The notes below the pieces were generated by a model. It saw only the letters and a program-made list of their open reading frames with translations, was not told where the DNA came from and made no database searches. Source: Octopus sinensis (Eukaryota). From it: DNA of 59,681 nucleotides. This document shows positions 26,321 to 41,159 of this stretch, one piece after another. Made by a program: the position numbers and the translations under genes. The stretch spans positions 1 to 59,681 of the forward strand of contig NW_021832977.1 in the NCBI RefSeq assembly GCF_006345805.1, given 5' to 3'. The stretch's first letter is position 1. Every line of letters begins with the position of its first letter.

Positions 26321-26731
26321 GAATATATATTAAAATATTATATAACGTGCCAAGCATTTATGGTATGCAGATTAGTTGCTATGGTTCTCAAAAACGTTCG
26401 GTTTTGTTGTTGTATATAAACAGATACAGATTGGCTGCTTGCTTTTCTGGCATTGGTCATGAAATGTTGAACTTTGTGATGAGTGACCAATAAAGGTCGA
26501 AAATTGATTTAGGTTGTTTATCATTGTTTTCATTCTACAGGGAAAATGCGCGCATGTCTGCTACGTATAGTTACACATACACGCACACACACACACAAAC
26601 ACACGCACACACGCACACTGACACACGCACACTGACACACTCACATACACACGCTCACATATACTTCTATAGGCATAAATATATGTAAAAATATATATGT
26701 ATATTTATACATATGTATATAAATATATATA

Positions 26732-26786
<55 letters not shown>

Positions 26787-26866
26787 CATATATATACACA
26801 TATATTTACATACATTTAAGTATATATATATACATATATATATATGTGTAAATCTAATACATAAGC

Positions 26867-26920
<54 letters not shown>

Positions 26921-27424
26921 ATATTCGCGTGTGTATGTGCATGTGAATGTGTGTATATGTTTGTGTGTGTGTGTGTGTGTGATATTTCGATTTAAATCGG
27001 GCTAAATGAGGGGAAACATGAACCTAACGACATGAAATAACAAAATAAGAAAGGTTTCTAATAGTGGGAAAGATAGAGGGAAATTTCGGACAATATACAC
27101 GAGCATTGATCGTCTCTGGAGTACTCTTGTATTGAGTACTTTTTTTCTGTACTCATTATCGTAATCTACTTGTGATTTCTACTGTCAAATTGTATTATTT
27201 CCTAGCCATGAAGACATAGACCAACTACTTCATTTAGATTACCTTTCATATATTAGGGAAAATCACGCACATTGTAATGTATATCGCCATCTGTACTATT
27301 CGTATAGTATACCCGATCAAACCTAATATAGGGTTAAAGATCATCATCATCATCAAGAACGACAATAAAAGCAAAGACACAAATTTGGAATACCCGTTTT
27401 TGTATTCCAAATTAAAGAACAACA

Positions 27425-27752
27425 CTATTGGTACTCTGTCGGTTAGGACGACGAGGGATCCAGTTGATCAGATCAACGGAACAAACTGTTTGTGGAATTA
27501 AGGGGGAGGTAGCTGAGCACTCCACAAACACGTGTACCCTCAATGTAGCTCACAGGGAGATTAAGCATGACACAGAGTGTGACAAGGTCGGCCCTTTGAA
27601 ATAGAGGTACTACTAATTTTTTGCCAGATGCGTGGACTGGAACAACATGAAATAAAGTGTCTTACTCAGGGACGCAACATGTCACCTGTAATTGAACTCT
27701 TTACCTTACGATTGTGAGCCGAATATCCAAAGCACTAATCGACGCGACTTCA
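27425..27752 (-). mobile_element. tRNA-derived SINE (family C/D-like)
   Basis: aacatgaaataaagtgtcttactcagggacgcaaca shared with 46940-46985; inverse of 28780-29095. Confidence 0.75.
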
Positions 27753-28779
27753 CTAAATAACAATAAACTAGCAATAACCACACAAGACCATTCCTAATTA
27801 TATTATATCTGTAAGTTCATACAGGTGCTACATCACGTACACACCCAAGTATGCTCCACATTACTGCACTTGTATGTGCAAGAACATAGAAGGCCGTCAC
27901 ACCAAATCATTGGCACAGCCAAAGAGAAGAGGCCACAACACCAGTCACTTCAACGATTTTAATTCTGGCGAGCGAAAAGTCTTCTTGGATTTATCTCTAA
28001 TACCAAATAGTTAAGTGACAATCAGTTTAAAGATGCATAGGCCCAGCAGCGGCGCATATTTGCACTGGTTACTTTCCTCGGCCATAGTCGTAGCTCTCAT
28101 TCAGTAAATTCAAACGTCCGAGATGTTAGCGAAAATATCGATGACAGTGGCATCCAGATTAACGAATGGTCCTGTTCGGATATTTGCCCACAACGCTGAG
28201 CAGTCCGTTTACAAGCTAGATATTGTTAGGCACGTATATATTCTGTAAAAACCGCGTAAAAAAGGTAGCGTAATACGCAACTTACCTAACGGAAATAGCT
28301 AACTGTAGTTAGCTAAAGAGGGAATCTCTAAGTTGAAATAGTAATGCATGTTAAATCCTAGCAGTTTCGGTTCTGCAAATTATTTGGTAATTTTCTACCA
28401 ATTTACGACAAATTCTGTCAATTTCCTGCAATTGCCATCAATTTTTGACGATCAATACCAATATCCGGCAGTCTCCATCAATGTTTATTAATTCTCGGTC
28501 AGGTCTAGCTGGCAATCAGCGGCAATTTGCATCATTCTCCATAAGTTTCCATCCAGTTACTGACTATTTCTCTCAAACTTCTATATTGTTTTATCAATTT
28601 CCAACAGTCTCCGGTAGTTTATGTCCATACCTACTAATTTCTGGTAAAGTCAGTGTAGACACTGACGAAATTTGAGCTGACTAAAGACGCCTGTCACCTC
28701 AGCTCAACTCCCGATGATCAGGTGAGACATCCTTTGGAATAAGTCATGTATGTCTAGGAGTTGTACAACCTTATCATGA

Positions 28780-29095
28780 AGGAGCGTAGTTAAGTAGTTA
28801 GGATATTCGGCTCACGATCGTTACGAGTTCGAATCGGAGCGATGCGTTGTCTCCTTAAGCAAAATATTATTTTTCACTTATCACCAGTCCTCTCAACTGG
28901 CAGAAATGAGCTTTACCTGTAATTCAAATGGTCAGCCTAGTCATATTATGATTCGCACCAAATCTTGAGAACTACGTTAAACGCACGCGTGACTGTAGAG
29001 CGATAGGATACTTTCACATTAATTTCATAAGCAGAGTGTTCTGTTAATCGGATCAAGTGGAACGCTGGTCATGTTAACCGATGAACTGCCAGTTT
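28780..29095 (+). mobile_element. tRNA-derived SINE (family C/D-like)
   Basis: ggagcgtagttaagtagttaggatattcggctcacgatcg...gagttcgaatc head. Confidence 0.7.
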
Positions 29096-29339
29096 GTTCA
29101 TTGCCTTATAATTGTAAACTATTAAACCATTTCAAGGACAGCTTCCTCTTGGTCCATTTCCGTGCTATACTTCTTACTTTCTTCTATACATTGACTCAGA
29201 TCTTCTATTTGATTTCTTGATGAACGATAATTTACAAACCTAAAGAACTTTAAATATAAATGAATGAGCCAAAGTTACTTCCTTAACGAACATCATGAGA
29301 AATATTTTATCTAATTCAACGATTACGCACTTAACAATC

Positions 29340-29900
29340 ATAGATTATGTTCTCTTTGGGAAAGTTGGATTATTTTACCTTGGGGGAATTGGGAAAATAT
29401 TTTCATGGATTTGTTGGCAAAAGTTCCTCACAACCAAGAAATTACACTTGCTGATGCTTCCTGGTGGATTACAGTGACTACTCTGAAGGGATCCAAGTCA
29501 GCCCATGCTACATTCATACTGCTTTTTAATTTGACAAATGAAGATGTTACATCCAGCATCAATAAAAATGATTGGGATGAGGTTATAAAATGATATAGAC
29601 GGGTTATTTGTGGCAAAGATACTATATCACACAAATCTCTGAAGAGGATACTGCAAGGTATCCACAAAAGACTGAGAGGCCCCATTAGTGTGTAACTGTG
29701 GACTCAACAGACATGCAACGAAATCTTGTCAAGTGGCGGCGCAAAGTTATCTTATCATCGATGATATGCAAAAAAACAAATTGCTGTTGTACATAGATAT
29801 GTGGGCCAGTCTACATCTATGTAGAAAATTCGCTAACAATTTACTTCTGAAAGCAATGGAAAAGGTTAAATGAGAAAGGAAGACTTGAATTTGAGTAACA
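29340..29900 (+). pseudogene. Helitron Pif1-like helicase remnant
   Basis: GLFYLGGIGKIF (resembles FFLDAPGGTGKTF, Walker A), then LLAKVPHNQEITLADASWWITVTTLKGSKSAHATF (resembles LAVASSGIAATLL.GGRTAHSTF). Confidence 0.7.
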
Positions 29901-30149
29901 ATAGATTCTGTAGAGAAACTGAAAAATATTGGTCCTCCCAATCATTCTCTGGGAATAATCAGAAACACAGGTTCTTTTATTAAAGAGTAATACTATATAC
30001 AATGGTCTTTGCTACCAGTCATTAACATACAGCTTCAGCACCAGTTAATTGATAGGGACCACTGCTAAGCTTCTTGATCCTAATCAAGAATTGCTCTGTT
30101 GAACTTTCTACTCTAGTAACCACTCCAACAGCTCTAAACATGTCTCCCG

Positions 30150-30400
30150 CTACTCTGCCTAATCGTGTGTTTTCCCTGTTGAAATTTCTGTTAGTACACA
30201 AGTCCTGTTATTATAATAGCTTCATTCTTCGAACAACTGCCCTCTTGAATTCATTACCATCGTCTTGTTTTCCATTGGAATATGGTCGTGTTTTGAATTT
30301 GTAGACCCGTTTTTTTTCTTTCCTATTTTATTGTTCTTTACGCAAAAATGGCCCCAGGTTTTGTTTGGGACGGAATCTTATAAGGATAGAACCAAGTGTT
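30150..30400 (+). mobile_element. Possible CR1/Jockey-group LINE 3' end
   Basis: SFILRTTALLNSLPSSCFP resembles SF.PRT..LWNSLP..FP. Confidence 0.45.
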
Positions 30401-30919
30401 TCAATATAAGCTCTAGATTCATTAAAACATCCTCGAGATCTGTGTGTACTTTATAACAGAAACATCCCTCTTGCTACTTCGTAATTTCGATCCAACATAT
30501 CTATGCAATGTGATAAGACTAGCAGTTACAAATCACTCACCACGTGTTATTGAGATTACAATTCCATTTGGAAGTAGAACAAGATATACATATATATTCT
30601 GAGAATCACTATTAGTCAAACTGATTTGCAATTTGTATTCAAGAGACTATAAATTCCCATATGTGCAAGCTTTGCAATGTCAATCAAGAAATTTCTGGAT
30701 TAAAAGTTGTAGATAACTTTGTTATGTTAGAAGTAAAAACGACCTTTCTATCGTTGAAAAAAGTTGCAAAACTAAGAGAACTTTGTTTATCACTAAGCCA
30801 TTTGCTGAGAATTGCTTGCTATTGTTCTGCAAATAGTGTGACATTTTGAACTGTGTTATCTGTTACAAAGAAAATAAACATTGTGCTTCAAGAAATGCAA
30901 GAGTAAGCAATAGAGATTC

Positions 30920-31050
30920 TGTTAGGAAGCTCACTTTACAATCACGTGCCTTCGAGTTCAATGCCACTGGGAGGCGTCTTGAATAAGAGCCTTCGTCTGT
31001 AGCATCTGGCCGATTAGAACCTTGTGGGTGAATTTGGTGGATAAGTCCAT
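30920..31050 (+). mobile_element. SINE family A head, diverged
   Basis: ttcgagttcaatgccactg...ccttgtgggtgaatttggtgga. Confidence 0.6.
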
Positions 31051-31183
31051 CTTATCTATCTATCTTGCTAGCTAGCTAGCTATCTGTCTGTCTGTCTCTC
31101 TCTCAGTCTGTCTGTCTGTACATATATATTGATATATATATACCTATACATACAAATATATGTATACATACATATATATAGAC

Positions 31184-31262
<79 letters not shown>

Positions 31263-31289
31263 ATATATAATTATATATTCATGCATACA

Positions 31290-31640
31290 CAGGACTGGCT
31301 GTGTGGTAATTAGCTTGCTTACCAACCACATGTTTTCGGGTTCAGTCCTACTGATTGGCACCTTGTCAAGTGTCTTCTACTATAAGTCTCGGGCCGACAA
31401 ATCCTTGTGCGGGAATTTCGTAGACAGACACTAAAAGAAGCTCGTCGCATATATATGTATCTGTGTGCGTGTGTTTGTCTTCATCATAGCCTTCGACATC
31501 CGGTAATGGTTTGTTCATGTTACCGTCAAACGCGATCCATTGAGTTAGTACCTCATAAATAGGCACTAGTGCTAACTAGTTCGATAAAAGATTCCCCGGG
31601 CAGTGCCTCAGCATGGCCGCAGTAAAATAACTCTAACAAA
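31290..31640 (+). mobile_element. SINE family A, full length
   Basis: ggctgtgtggtaattagcttgcttaccaaccacatg...cagcatggccgcagt. Confidence 0.85.
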
Positions 31641-31904
31641 AGAGTTATGGCGCGTCAACATCAACAAAATTACTTGTTTCCCTGTCGGCGCCAGGTACCT
31701 TGCAACTGTATATATATTTACACGCACGCATACTTAAACACACGCACTGACAATGATCGCCAAATCTTACATAATTTATGGTTATATTATACTGTTATGT
31801 ATTATAGTAGCCACTAATCGCCTGGTGGGTATTGAACAACAATACTTGTGTTACGAAGATTTCTATCTCATAAAGTCATTGTTGGGAAATGATATAATAA
31901 ATCC

Positions 31905-32061
31905 AGGAGTGACCGTCTGGTAAGAAATTCCCTTCCCAAACGCACGGTTCCGGATTCACTCCAATTCTGTAACAACTTGGACATGTGTATTCTACTATAA
32001 TCTCGAGCCTACTAGAGCCATGTTAGTGTACTTGGTAGATGGAAACTGAAAGAATCCTGTC

Positions 32062-32100
<39 letters not shown>

Positions 32101-32386
32101 TGTGTGTTTGTGCGTGTGTATATATTTGTGTGTGTGTGTGTGTGTGTTTGTGAGCTTGTGGCTGTGTGAGTGTGTCTTCTGCCTGTGCTTGACTCCCACA
32201 CACCTCCACTTGAAAAGCGGAGTTGGTTTGGTTTGTTAATGTCATCGTAACTTAGTGGTTTGGCAAAAGAGGGCGATGTAATAAGTACAAAGCTGAAAGT
32301 ATCTCGTGGAATTCATTCGTTTGACTAAAATTGTTCAAGATGGTTCCCCAGCATGGCCGCAATCCGTTGATGAAAGACGTAAAAGT

Positions 32387-32387
<1 letters not shown>
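31905..32387 (+). mobile_element. SINE family A, full length with internal (TA)/(TG) repeats
   Basis: Head and tail match the other copies; followed by (GATA)n/(GA)n. Confidence 0.8.
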
Positions 32388-32440
<53 letters not shown>

Positions 32441-32734
32441 AGAGAGAAAGAGAGGTGGTGGTTGTCTACTCCTTATGCAGCGTCTCACCACTTCTTGTAC
32501 CTACACCTTAGAACCATCATGGCATCTGATGTGGCTTTTTAAAGCAGACAATGTTTTGAAAAGACACCAACATAGATTGCATATCCGATTTGGGTCACCA
32601 AGAGCTGCAGTTAAGTTCTGATCCTTGTGGATCTTAAAATGTCTTTTGAGGCATTTTAAGATGTATGAAATACATCATTGTGTGTATGCTCTTTATGGAA
32701 CTTTGCCGTCACAAATCTGTTTTTGCTTACTTTA

Positions 32735-33015
32735 TAACTGTTGACAATTCTGAAAATGCATTTCCCAGGTGACAACTGGCTAGATTATACGTTTTGTAAT
32801 TCCGAAATATCGCCAGTTGCTAGAGAAGAAAATACAAAAATCTACCCGGATGCTTTCTGCTATATTTGTGTGTATTACACTTTACCTAGGCAGCGAAACA
32901 AAACAGCAGATTTTATGAAGAAAGCTCACATTATTTACTTTGGTATGAAACTGGGTAATAAAGACAGGCGCCCCATATAGTGTGTAAAATATGGGTTGAA
33001 ACACTGTGACAGTGA
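32735..33015 (+). pseudogene. N-terminal fragment of a DNA-transposon-like protein (superfamily not assigned)
   Basis: PDAFCYICVYYTLPRQR...FMKKAHIIYFGMKLGNKD...HIVCK is a CxxC/HxxC pattern I recognise from invertebrate transposon-like ORFs. Confidence 0.55.
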
Positions 33016-33261
33016 CTGTTTCACATACTGAAGCAGACAGTTTCCAGCTTTGATTTGTTTTGTGAGAAAATTATATTAGGTGTGTTTGATAGGAAATAGA
33101 TTGGGTGGGTATATCAGGATGACTAGTCTTTGGAGAGCATATCTTGGATGGAATTCTTGAGCTGCAAATCTGTCATTGTTATCATGATATCTAAGACATT
33201 AAATTACTAATAGAAAACTTAGGTTAAATTTGATGCTCTTATGTATGTATGAATATGTATA

Positions 33262-33310
<49 letters not shown>

Positions 33311-33319
33311 TATATATAT

Positions 33320-33356
<37 letters not shown>

Positions 33357-33459
33357 TAACAATATAGGGTGAAATTAATTAATTTGGAATAAATATTAAT
33401 TACACCAAGTAGATTTCGGCATGTAAAAGCCTCATTCGAGGAAAATTTAAGTAATACTA

Positions 33460-33535
33460 AGCAATTAAGGGTTTAGCAATTGCTATTTCTAAATTCGGTG
33501 TGTGGTGAGGCAATTCGTTGCTAAACCCTTAATTG

Positions 33536-33537
<2 letters not shown>
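33460..33537. repeat. Perfect 20-bp inverted repeat in a (TA)n-flanked module
   Basis: agcaattaagggtttagcaa (33460-33479) / ttgctaaacccttaattgct (33518-33537). Confidence 0.9.
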
Positions 33538-33587
<50 letters not shown>

Positions 33588-33805
33588 GTTCTTCTTTCTC
33601 TCTCTCTCTCCCACTCCTTAATTCTTTGTCCCGCTTTCTTTCTCTCTCTTCTCGTCTCACGTGACCGCTGGCTGACGACTGGCCTTTTTGGTTTTGTCAG
33701 CGGTCGCCGTCACATCAACTATTTACCTCTGTCGTAAGGCTTAATTTCTAACACACCAGCTGAATTCAATTCGTCTCCAGTCGAAAGACGCCTGTTGCGA
33801 TGTCC

Positions 33806-33875
<70 letters not shown>

Positions 33876-34144
33876 GTTGCTTTTTGTATTATTTTTGTAT
33901 TTATATTCGTGTAACATCGTCCGTTTTTCCGTCCTTGTTTCGTATACATTCGAAGCTTTTTTCGAAGGAATCTAAAGCTCTTAGCTTAGTTTTTCCTTGG
34001 GGCTGGCCACATTGGTGCAATCCCTAGATTAATCAGCTGAAATTGCGAGGATGGTCCGGTTCTTGACTGAAGATTAATGGCTTCGAATGACCCGTCCGTG
34101 TTTTTGTATCGTCTTCTGGATGTTTTGCGTTCTTGTCCCATTTC

Positions 34145-34200
<56 letters not shown>

Positions 34201-34664
34201 ATCGTACATACGTAGAAACAATTTTAGGTCTATAAGTACAGAAGTATACACATGTATGTTTTTCAGCTAGAGTGTACATATATTTTGCATCTAAGCATGG
34301 AGGTTTTATGAAGATATTTGTATAAATATCCATATATATCTCTATAGAAATAAAAAAGAGAATATATATATATATTTATTAGCTGCAGCATTATTTATGA
34401 TTTTAAATGTATCTTTGTATTTGAAGTGGAAAATCTTGATTTCAGGGATGTTGGTTATTGTATATGTTCGTTTCTGACAGTTTCTTACAGATAGATGATA
34501 CTATGGCCATATATTTACGTGTTGTTATATGTTTATATAATGTATACGTCCGAACAACAGTCACTCGACAGCTATAACAATACTCACATTTACAAAGATA
34601 GATAGACAGATAAAGGCATATATCCACGTATACATATATATCTATACACATATACGTACACCAT

Positions 34665-34730
<66 letters not shown>

Positions 34731-34986
34731 GAGACGCATGAATAGGAGTATATATGTGTAATGGAAGCCTTTGTAATTTGAAATGTGTTGGTAATGATGT
34801 AACTATAATATGTAGAAAATATATGAATATGCTAATTGCAGCAACGTTTACTGTGTGCATCATTATTTTAACAAATGTGTGTATAATTCTGTTATATTTG
34901 CATACTTCTATCCAAATTCATATTCAGATAATGCTTGTCTTTTGTTACTAATGCAAAGAAATATATAAGGCATATCACACCATATT

Positions 34987-35033
<47 letters not shown>

Positions 35034-35035
35034 TT

Positions 35036-35080
<45 letters not shown>

Positions 35081-35151
35081 ATATATTTATTTATACATAT
35101 ATATATATATGTATATATTATATTATACAAAAATATATAATATATATATGT

Positions 35152-35204
<53 letters not shown>

Positions 35205-35754
35205 TATATATATATATATATATTATATATATATATATGTATATATATTTATCTCCACTGTTATCCAACATCGGTTTTCCCTTTATATTTTATTTCTTTT
35301 CTCTTGGCATAGAATGAAAAATCAATTTTTATAGCTTTACCTATAAATCTAACTCCCTCAATCTACAAATTGTAAAGAACTATTGCTGCGAGAGAAAATT
35401 TTGTATAGGATGGCGTGTGGGTTTAGTCTATGATTATACAATGCCATTCAAAACCTGCTAAGAACTACATATATACGTTTAAAGACATATACATACATAC
35501 ACTCATATATACATACATACATTCATACATACATTCATACATACACAAACACACACATATTTGCCTGTGAGTGTGCGTTTGTGTGTACGGCTGTGAATTT
35601 GCAACTGTATAGAATTGATATAAATATAATGTAAAATAAAAGAAAATCGAAAGCAAATATTTCAAATGATACTTTTGACGAATGTGATATATTCGTCAGA
35701 GAGCGAATATAAAGTAACATTTAATAGATACATTACTTAAAATAATGATATCAA

Positions 35755-36084
<330 letters not shown>

Positions 36085-36523
36085 GAGCGAGGGAGCAGTG
36101 CATGCCATCGAAGTGACACTGAAGTAAAATATACGAAGCCTAGTATACCCATCATGATTACCCGTCTGATAAGGGTACACCAGGCACATGCATCACAACC
36201 ATATGTGTGCGAGTGCGACATGGTGATCTCATATCAAGATAAACAACACATGACCTTGCAGGTGGGGCCCAGTTAGAATTATCTTCTGGTCGAGTAGCCC
36301 ATCCCGCTCAAAAGATCCCTGAATAAGGATTGTTTAAGGATGTTGAAAGAACCACCCAAGTTTCCAAAGGTGAATTATCCAAACCTCTAAGAATCCCTTT
36401 CAGCACACGACTATGATGCTCCCTCATTACTTCTGCTCATGATCAGAATATTTGCTGTAGCCCATTTTTTAGATCAAGACAAAACAATGTACATGATAAT
36501 ACTTCCAATCAGTTAAGATCAGC
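36085..36523 (+). mobile_element. (ATT)n-flanked element, copy 2 (internal deletion)
   Basis: Matches 12121-12640 with a deletion at gatcag|aatatttgc. Confidence 0.85.
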
Positions 36524-36524
36524 A

Positions 36525-36565
<41 letters not shown>

Positions 36566-36687
36566 TATTTTTATTATTATAATTATAATAATAATAATAA
36601 TTATTATTATTATTATTATTATCATCATCATCATCATCACCATCCTCATCATCATCATTTTTTAAAATAATAATAATAATAATAATA

Positions 36688-36755
<68 letters not shown>

Positions 36756-36951
36756 CATTATTATATAGTATTCTGCTGAACACCACACTTTTGCTTGTCA
36801 GTTGCTTAACTTTAACCAGTTGTGCATATTTCCTTCACTTAGACTATTTCTAGCTCATTATAAATAGTGGTGACATGATCCACCAAAGTTTCTTCGTTCG
36901 AAAATGGAGAGAAAGGTAAGACATGGTGCACTACCACAGAATGTGGTAATT

Positions 36952-37285
36952 GCCCTGATGCAGTACCAGGCAGTGGCTCTCATGGCTCCTGATCTTAACT
37001 GATTGGAAGTGTTATCATGTACATTGTTTTGTCTTGGTATAAAAGATGGGCTACAGCAAATATTCTGAGCGGGATGGGCTACTCAACCTGAAGAAAATTC
37101 TAACTGGGTCCCACCTGCAAGGTCATGTGCTGTTTATCTTGATATGAGATCACCATGTCGCGCACATATGGTTGTGATGCATGTGCCTGGTGTACCTTTA
37201 TCAGACGGGTAGTCATGATGGGTATATTGGGCTTCGTATATTTTACCCCAGTGTCACTTTGATGGCATGCACTGCTCTCTCACTC
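36952..37285 (-). mobile_element. (ATT)n-flanked element, copy 3 (inverted, internal deletion)
   Basis: Reverse complement of copy 1; deletion at aatattctg|agcgggatggg; runs into (AAT)n. Confidence 0.85.
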
Positions 37286-37295
37286 AATAATAATA

Positions 37296-37352
<57 letters not shown>

Positions 37353-37357
37353 CAATG

Positions 37358-37457
<100 letters not shown>

Positions 37458-37770
37458 CCTTGATGCAGTACGAGGCAGTGGCTCTCATGTATTCTGATCT
37501 TAACTGATTGGAAGCATTATCATGTTCATTGTTTTGACCTGTTATAAAAGATGGGCTACAGCAAATATCTTGCTTAATACCACAGATTTGCTTGTCAGTT
37601 GCTTGACCTTAATCAGTTGAGCATGTCACCTGGTGGCTGACGTTATGTGCATCTCTGATCATGAGTAGAATTAGTAGTGGAGCATCACAGCCACGTATTG
37701 AAGGGAATTCTTTGGAGTTTGGATAATTCCCCTTTGCAAACATGGGTGTTTCGTTCAACAACCCTTATCT
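37458..37770 (-). mobile_element. (ATT)n-flanked element, copy 4 (partial)
   Basis: tgatgcagtac...gtggctctcatg...aaacatgggtgtttcgttcaaca. Confidence 0.85.
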
Positions 37771-37773
37771 AAG

Positions 37774-37862
<89 letters not shown>
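37774..37862. repeat. (CTA)n/(TAG)n loop-less palindrome
   Basis: Strand switch centred on CTAG at 37818-37821. Confidence 0.95.
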
Positions 37863-38409
37863 AATATTATTATTATTGTTATTGCACTTATTACCGATAA
37901 TACTTGGATATATAACAATATTAACGTTCTTTACATCAAAACATATGAAGAGTATTTTAGACAATATGCATATAAAATGTTCAAAGATAATTACAAAGTA
38001 TTATACAGAAATGTCCAAATGATGTTTGCAAATACTCAGTATTGCTCTTTTCAGAATCTTGCAATGTCTACCGTTGTTATCAATCTTTGTAGCCAGAGAG
38101 GATATTAGATATCATTTCAGCAACAATTATAACAAAGGGGATGGTGAACACATTCCGTTAAAAGTCCTAATTTGTTTCGTTTATACTAATTTCGCCTCTG
38201 CAATCCTTTCTGTTTTCAGATCGTTTCTACACAACAAAGTAGTAGTCTGGTATTGCTCTGTGGAAGATACGTACATTATAGATATTTCGTTAGGAAACAT
38301 CAAGTTAGCATTATGTTCTTTTAGCATAATGTAATTTTCTTTATTGATGGTGAAATGAAACGCGCATATGTAGCAGAAAGCATTACTTTGCCTCCTGGGT
38401 GTAAAAATA

Positions 38410-39050
38410 TGAACCGTACTTGAACGACATGAAGTTAAATGTTGCGAACTTTAAATTATCAAGCAACTTGCAAAGATTCCATGATGCTATAGAAAGTATC
38501 CATCTTGACCCAAACAATCTATGGGAAGATTTCAAAACAAAAGTATTTCAGGCTGTAAGTTCGTCAGTGGGATTTAAATCACATAAGTCCAGTGACTGGT
38601 TCACAGACTGATCAGCAGAAATTCATGATCTACTTTTAGAAAAACAATACACTTCTTTCTCAGTCCTTGAACACCAACTCAAACGAAACTTACAGAAAGC
38701 TGAAAAGGCAAATTCAGACTTCTCTAACGAAAATTAAACAGGATTTGTGGAATGATAGAGCAAATGGGGTACAAGAAGCAGTTGATAGAAAATGACGCCA
38801 AGGGTTTGTACTTTTATGTTAAGGAGATATATGGTCCAAAACCTTCTTCAATAGCTCCAGTGAGAACAGCAAATGGACGTTTTCTTCTGACTGATACAGC
38901 TTCTATTCATGAGCATTGGGTGGAACATTTTTCCGCATTTCTGAATAGCCTATCATCCGTTGACATGAGAACGATAGAAAAACATGGAAAACCTTCCAGC
39001 CATAGAAGAGATGGCATTTGAACCAACTCTAAATGACATTTATTTACCTC
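38410..39050 (+). pseudogene. RTE-clade LINE remnant (EN-RT linker)
   Basis: LWEDFKTKVFQ...DWF; NDAKGLYFYVKEIYGPKPSSIAPVRTANGRFLLTD...HWVEHFSAFLN. Confidence 0.75.
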
Positions 39051-39092
<42 letters not shown>

Positions 39093-39559
39093 CATATAAT
39101 AAATAGATACATACATAGACAGACATGCATGTGTCTGTGTCTATGTATCTATGTGTGTGTTTGCATGTGCATTGCATGTGTGCGAAGCATACTAAGTCGA
39201 TTACATCAGTTTTTATGATCAATGTCAATTCAGCCTCATTTTCCCTACACTTACTGATTGTATTTTTGGAAACTATTTTAAGACACTTCCCCACAAAGAA
39301 GAATTTAATAACATTTTCATAGAGGTTTTCAATTATCGTTCCTTAACTGTGATTCTTTCTCGAATTAGTTATTTTTAAGATTGGGATTAAGAAGTATTTA
39401 TAAGTAATGTGCGGGAAAGCAGAGTAGAAGTAGACGGTGGGGAGGTGGTTTGTGTAAAGAAACAATGATGTACATAAATTCTAAATTTAGTGAAGAAAAA
39501 CGTTGAAACACATCTGATGTTAAATAATAACAGATATCTGTGCACTTATACAGTTATTT

Positions 39560-40460
39560 TCCAAATGTCTTCATTTTTCTAACAATTCATATCTGGCATT
39601 AATTATCGATTGCCCTTAGTAAAATATTTCAGCATTTTCCTATACTCTGCAGGGCCAACGTCACACATATTGCTTCCTATTTTCTTCTGTTTGAAACTCT
39701 GTACAATTTTATAATTGGTGCCGTTGTTAAAAAACTGTTTCATTTTAATGCTTTTTAAATTTTATCAGCCAAATTTGTTGTTTTTCATCATATATCTAAA
39801 ATAGGATGCATTGTTATAATATTTTCTTGAACTTCTATTATGCTTATCGTATACTTATATAATTCTTTTACACTGAAATCGATAAAGGTGATATTAACCT
39901 CGTAAAATATAAATTCAGCCTTGCAGATTTCATCTAGCAAGCAAAGACCTGGCTTGTTTCATAATCGAGCTGCCTCGGTTTTGTTGCAGGATGTAGGTAG
40001 TATTACATTTTTTATGCTCATGTAGCAACTGTAGCTTATATTTAGATTGTGTAAGTAAAATGTTTTTTAATATCGGTTGTTAGGAAGGGAGGGTTAGATT
40101 CTAGACCGGAGAAAAAAGAAATTGTACGGCGCATATGATATATCGCTACCACCTTTCATTTCCTTTTTGTAGCGGGTGAAAGAGGCTGAAAGTATGATGT
40201 GTGTAGCAGCTAAATTCGACTGTGAATCTGATGAATAGTAAAACGTTAATGTTGGTTGGTATGCCTTATCGAATATTTTCTTATCGAGGGAAGACTAGAG
40301 ATCATTCTGATATAATAGTGCTCATGAGGTTCTTAAAAATTATGGAAGGTATCATAATCTTTTGTTAATAAAAGAGACATTTTCATTCGTTTTTATACAA
40401 CCTCTATGTCAGCCAGATGTTAAATCTAGTGTAACGCGAATGAAGTCAACGATAGCTAGG
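39560..40460 (-). pseudogene. Highly degenerate Penelope-like element (RT thumb and GIY-YIG region)
   Basis: Minus strand [14 protein letters not shown] (resembles VNFLDVTLDL.TG), KNLMSTII, and distal GSNMCDV (resembles C.LC motif). Confidence 0.5.
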
Positions 40461-40514
40461 TTAATGGCCATATATGTATGCGTATATATGCGTGTGTCTT
40501 TGTGTCTATGTGTG

Positions 40515-40680
<166 letters not shown>

Positions 40681-41108
40681 GAGAGTCAGAGGTTCATGGA
40701 AGTGGTGAGAAGAACTGGTGCGTAAATAACTTCAGGTCCTTTTTGTGCACTAATCACATTCTCAGATATATACTCAACATACGAATATACCCTTCAATGT
40801 AGAGAAGCACACACGACGAACACACGTGCGTGCGATGGCGCGTGTGCATACGCATTGGAACACAATAGATCACAAAAACTTGGTTCAGTCAAAATTGGAA
40901 CAAAAGAATTTTATCATTTTGTGAGGTACCAAATCCTCTTCTGTTGTATAGGAAATAATACAAAGCATTTTACACAATATTCATATAAACACACACACAT
41001 ATTTATACATGCACACAATTATATACGCACAAGAACACACAGGCACACACTCACAGATAAATATACATACATAATATATACATGTATATAAATTTATATA
41101 TATATATA

Positions 41109-41159
<51 letters not shown>

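Noticed and set aside
34060-34100. Hammerhead at CTGAAGA 34067-34073 in a TA-flanked module
   Set aside because: No GAAA or convincing stems downstream; the module may be PLE-related but the ribozyme is unsupported.
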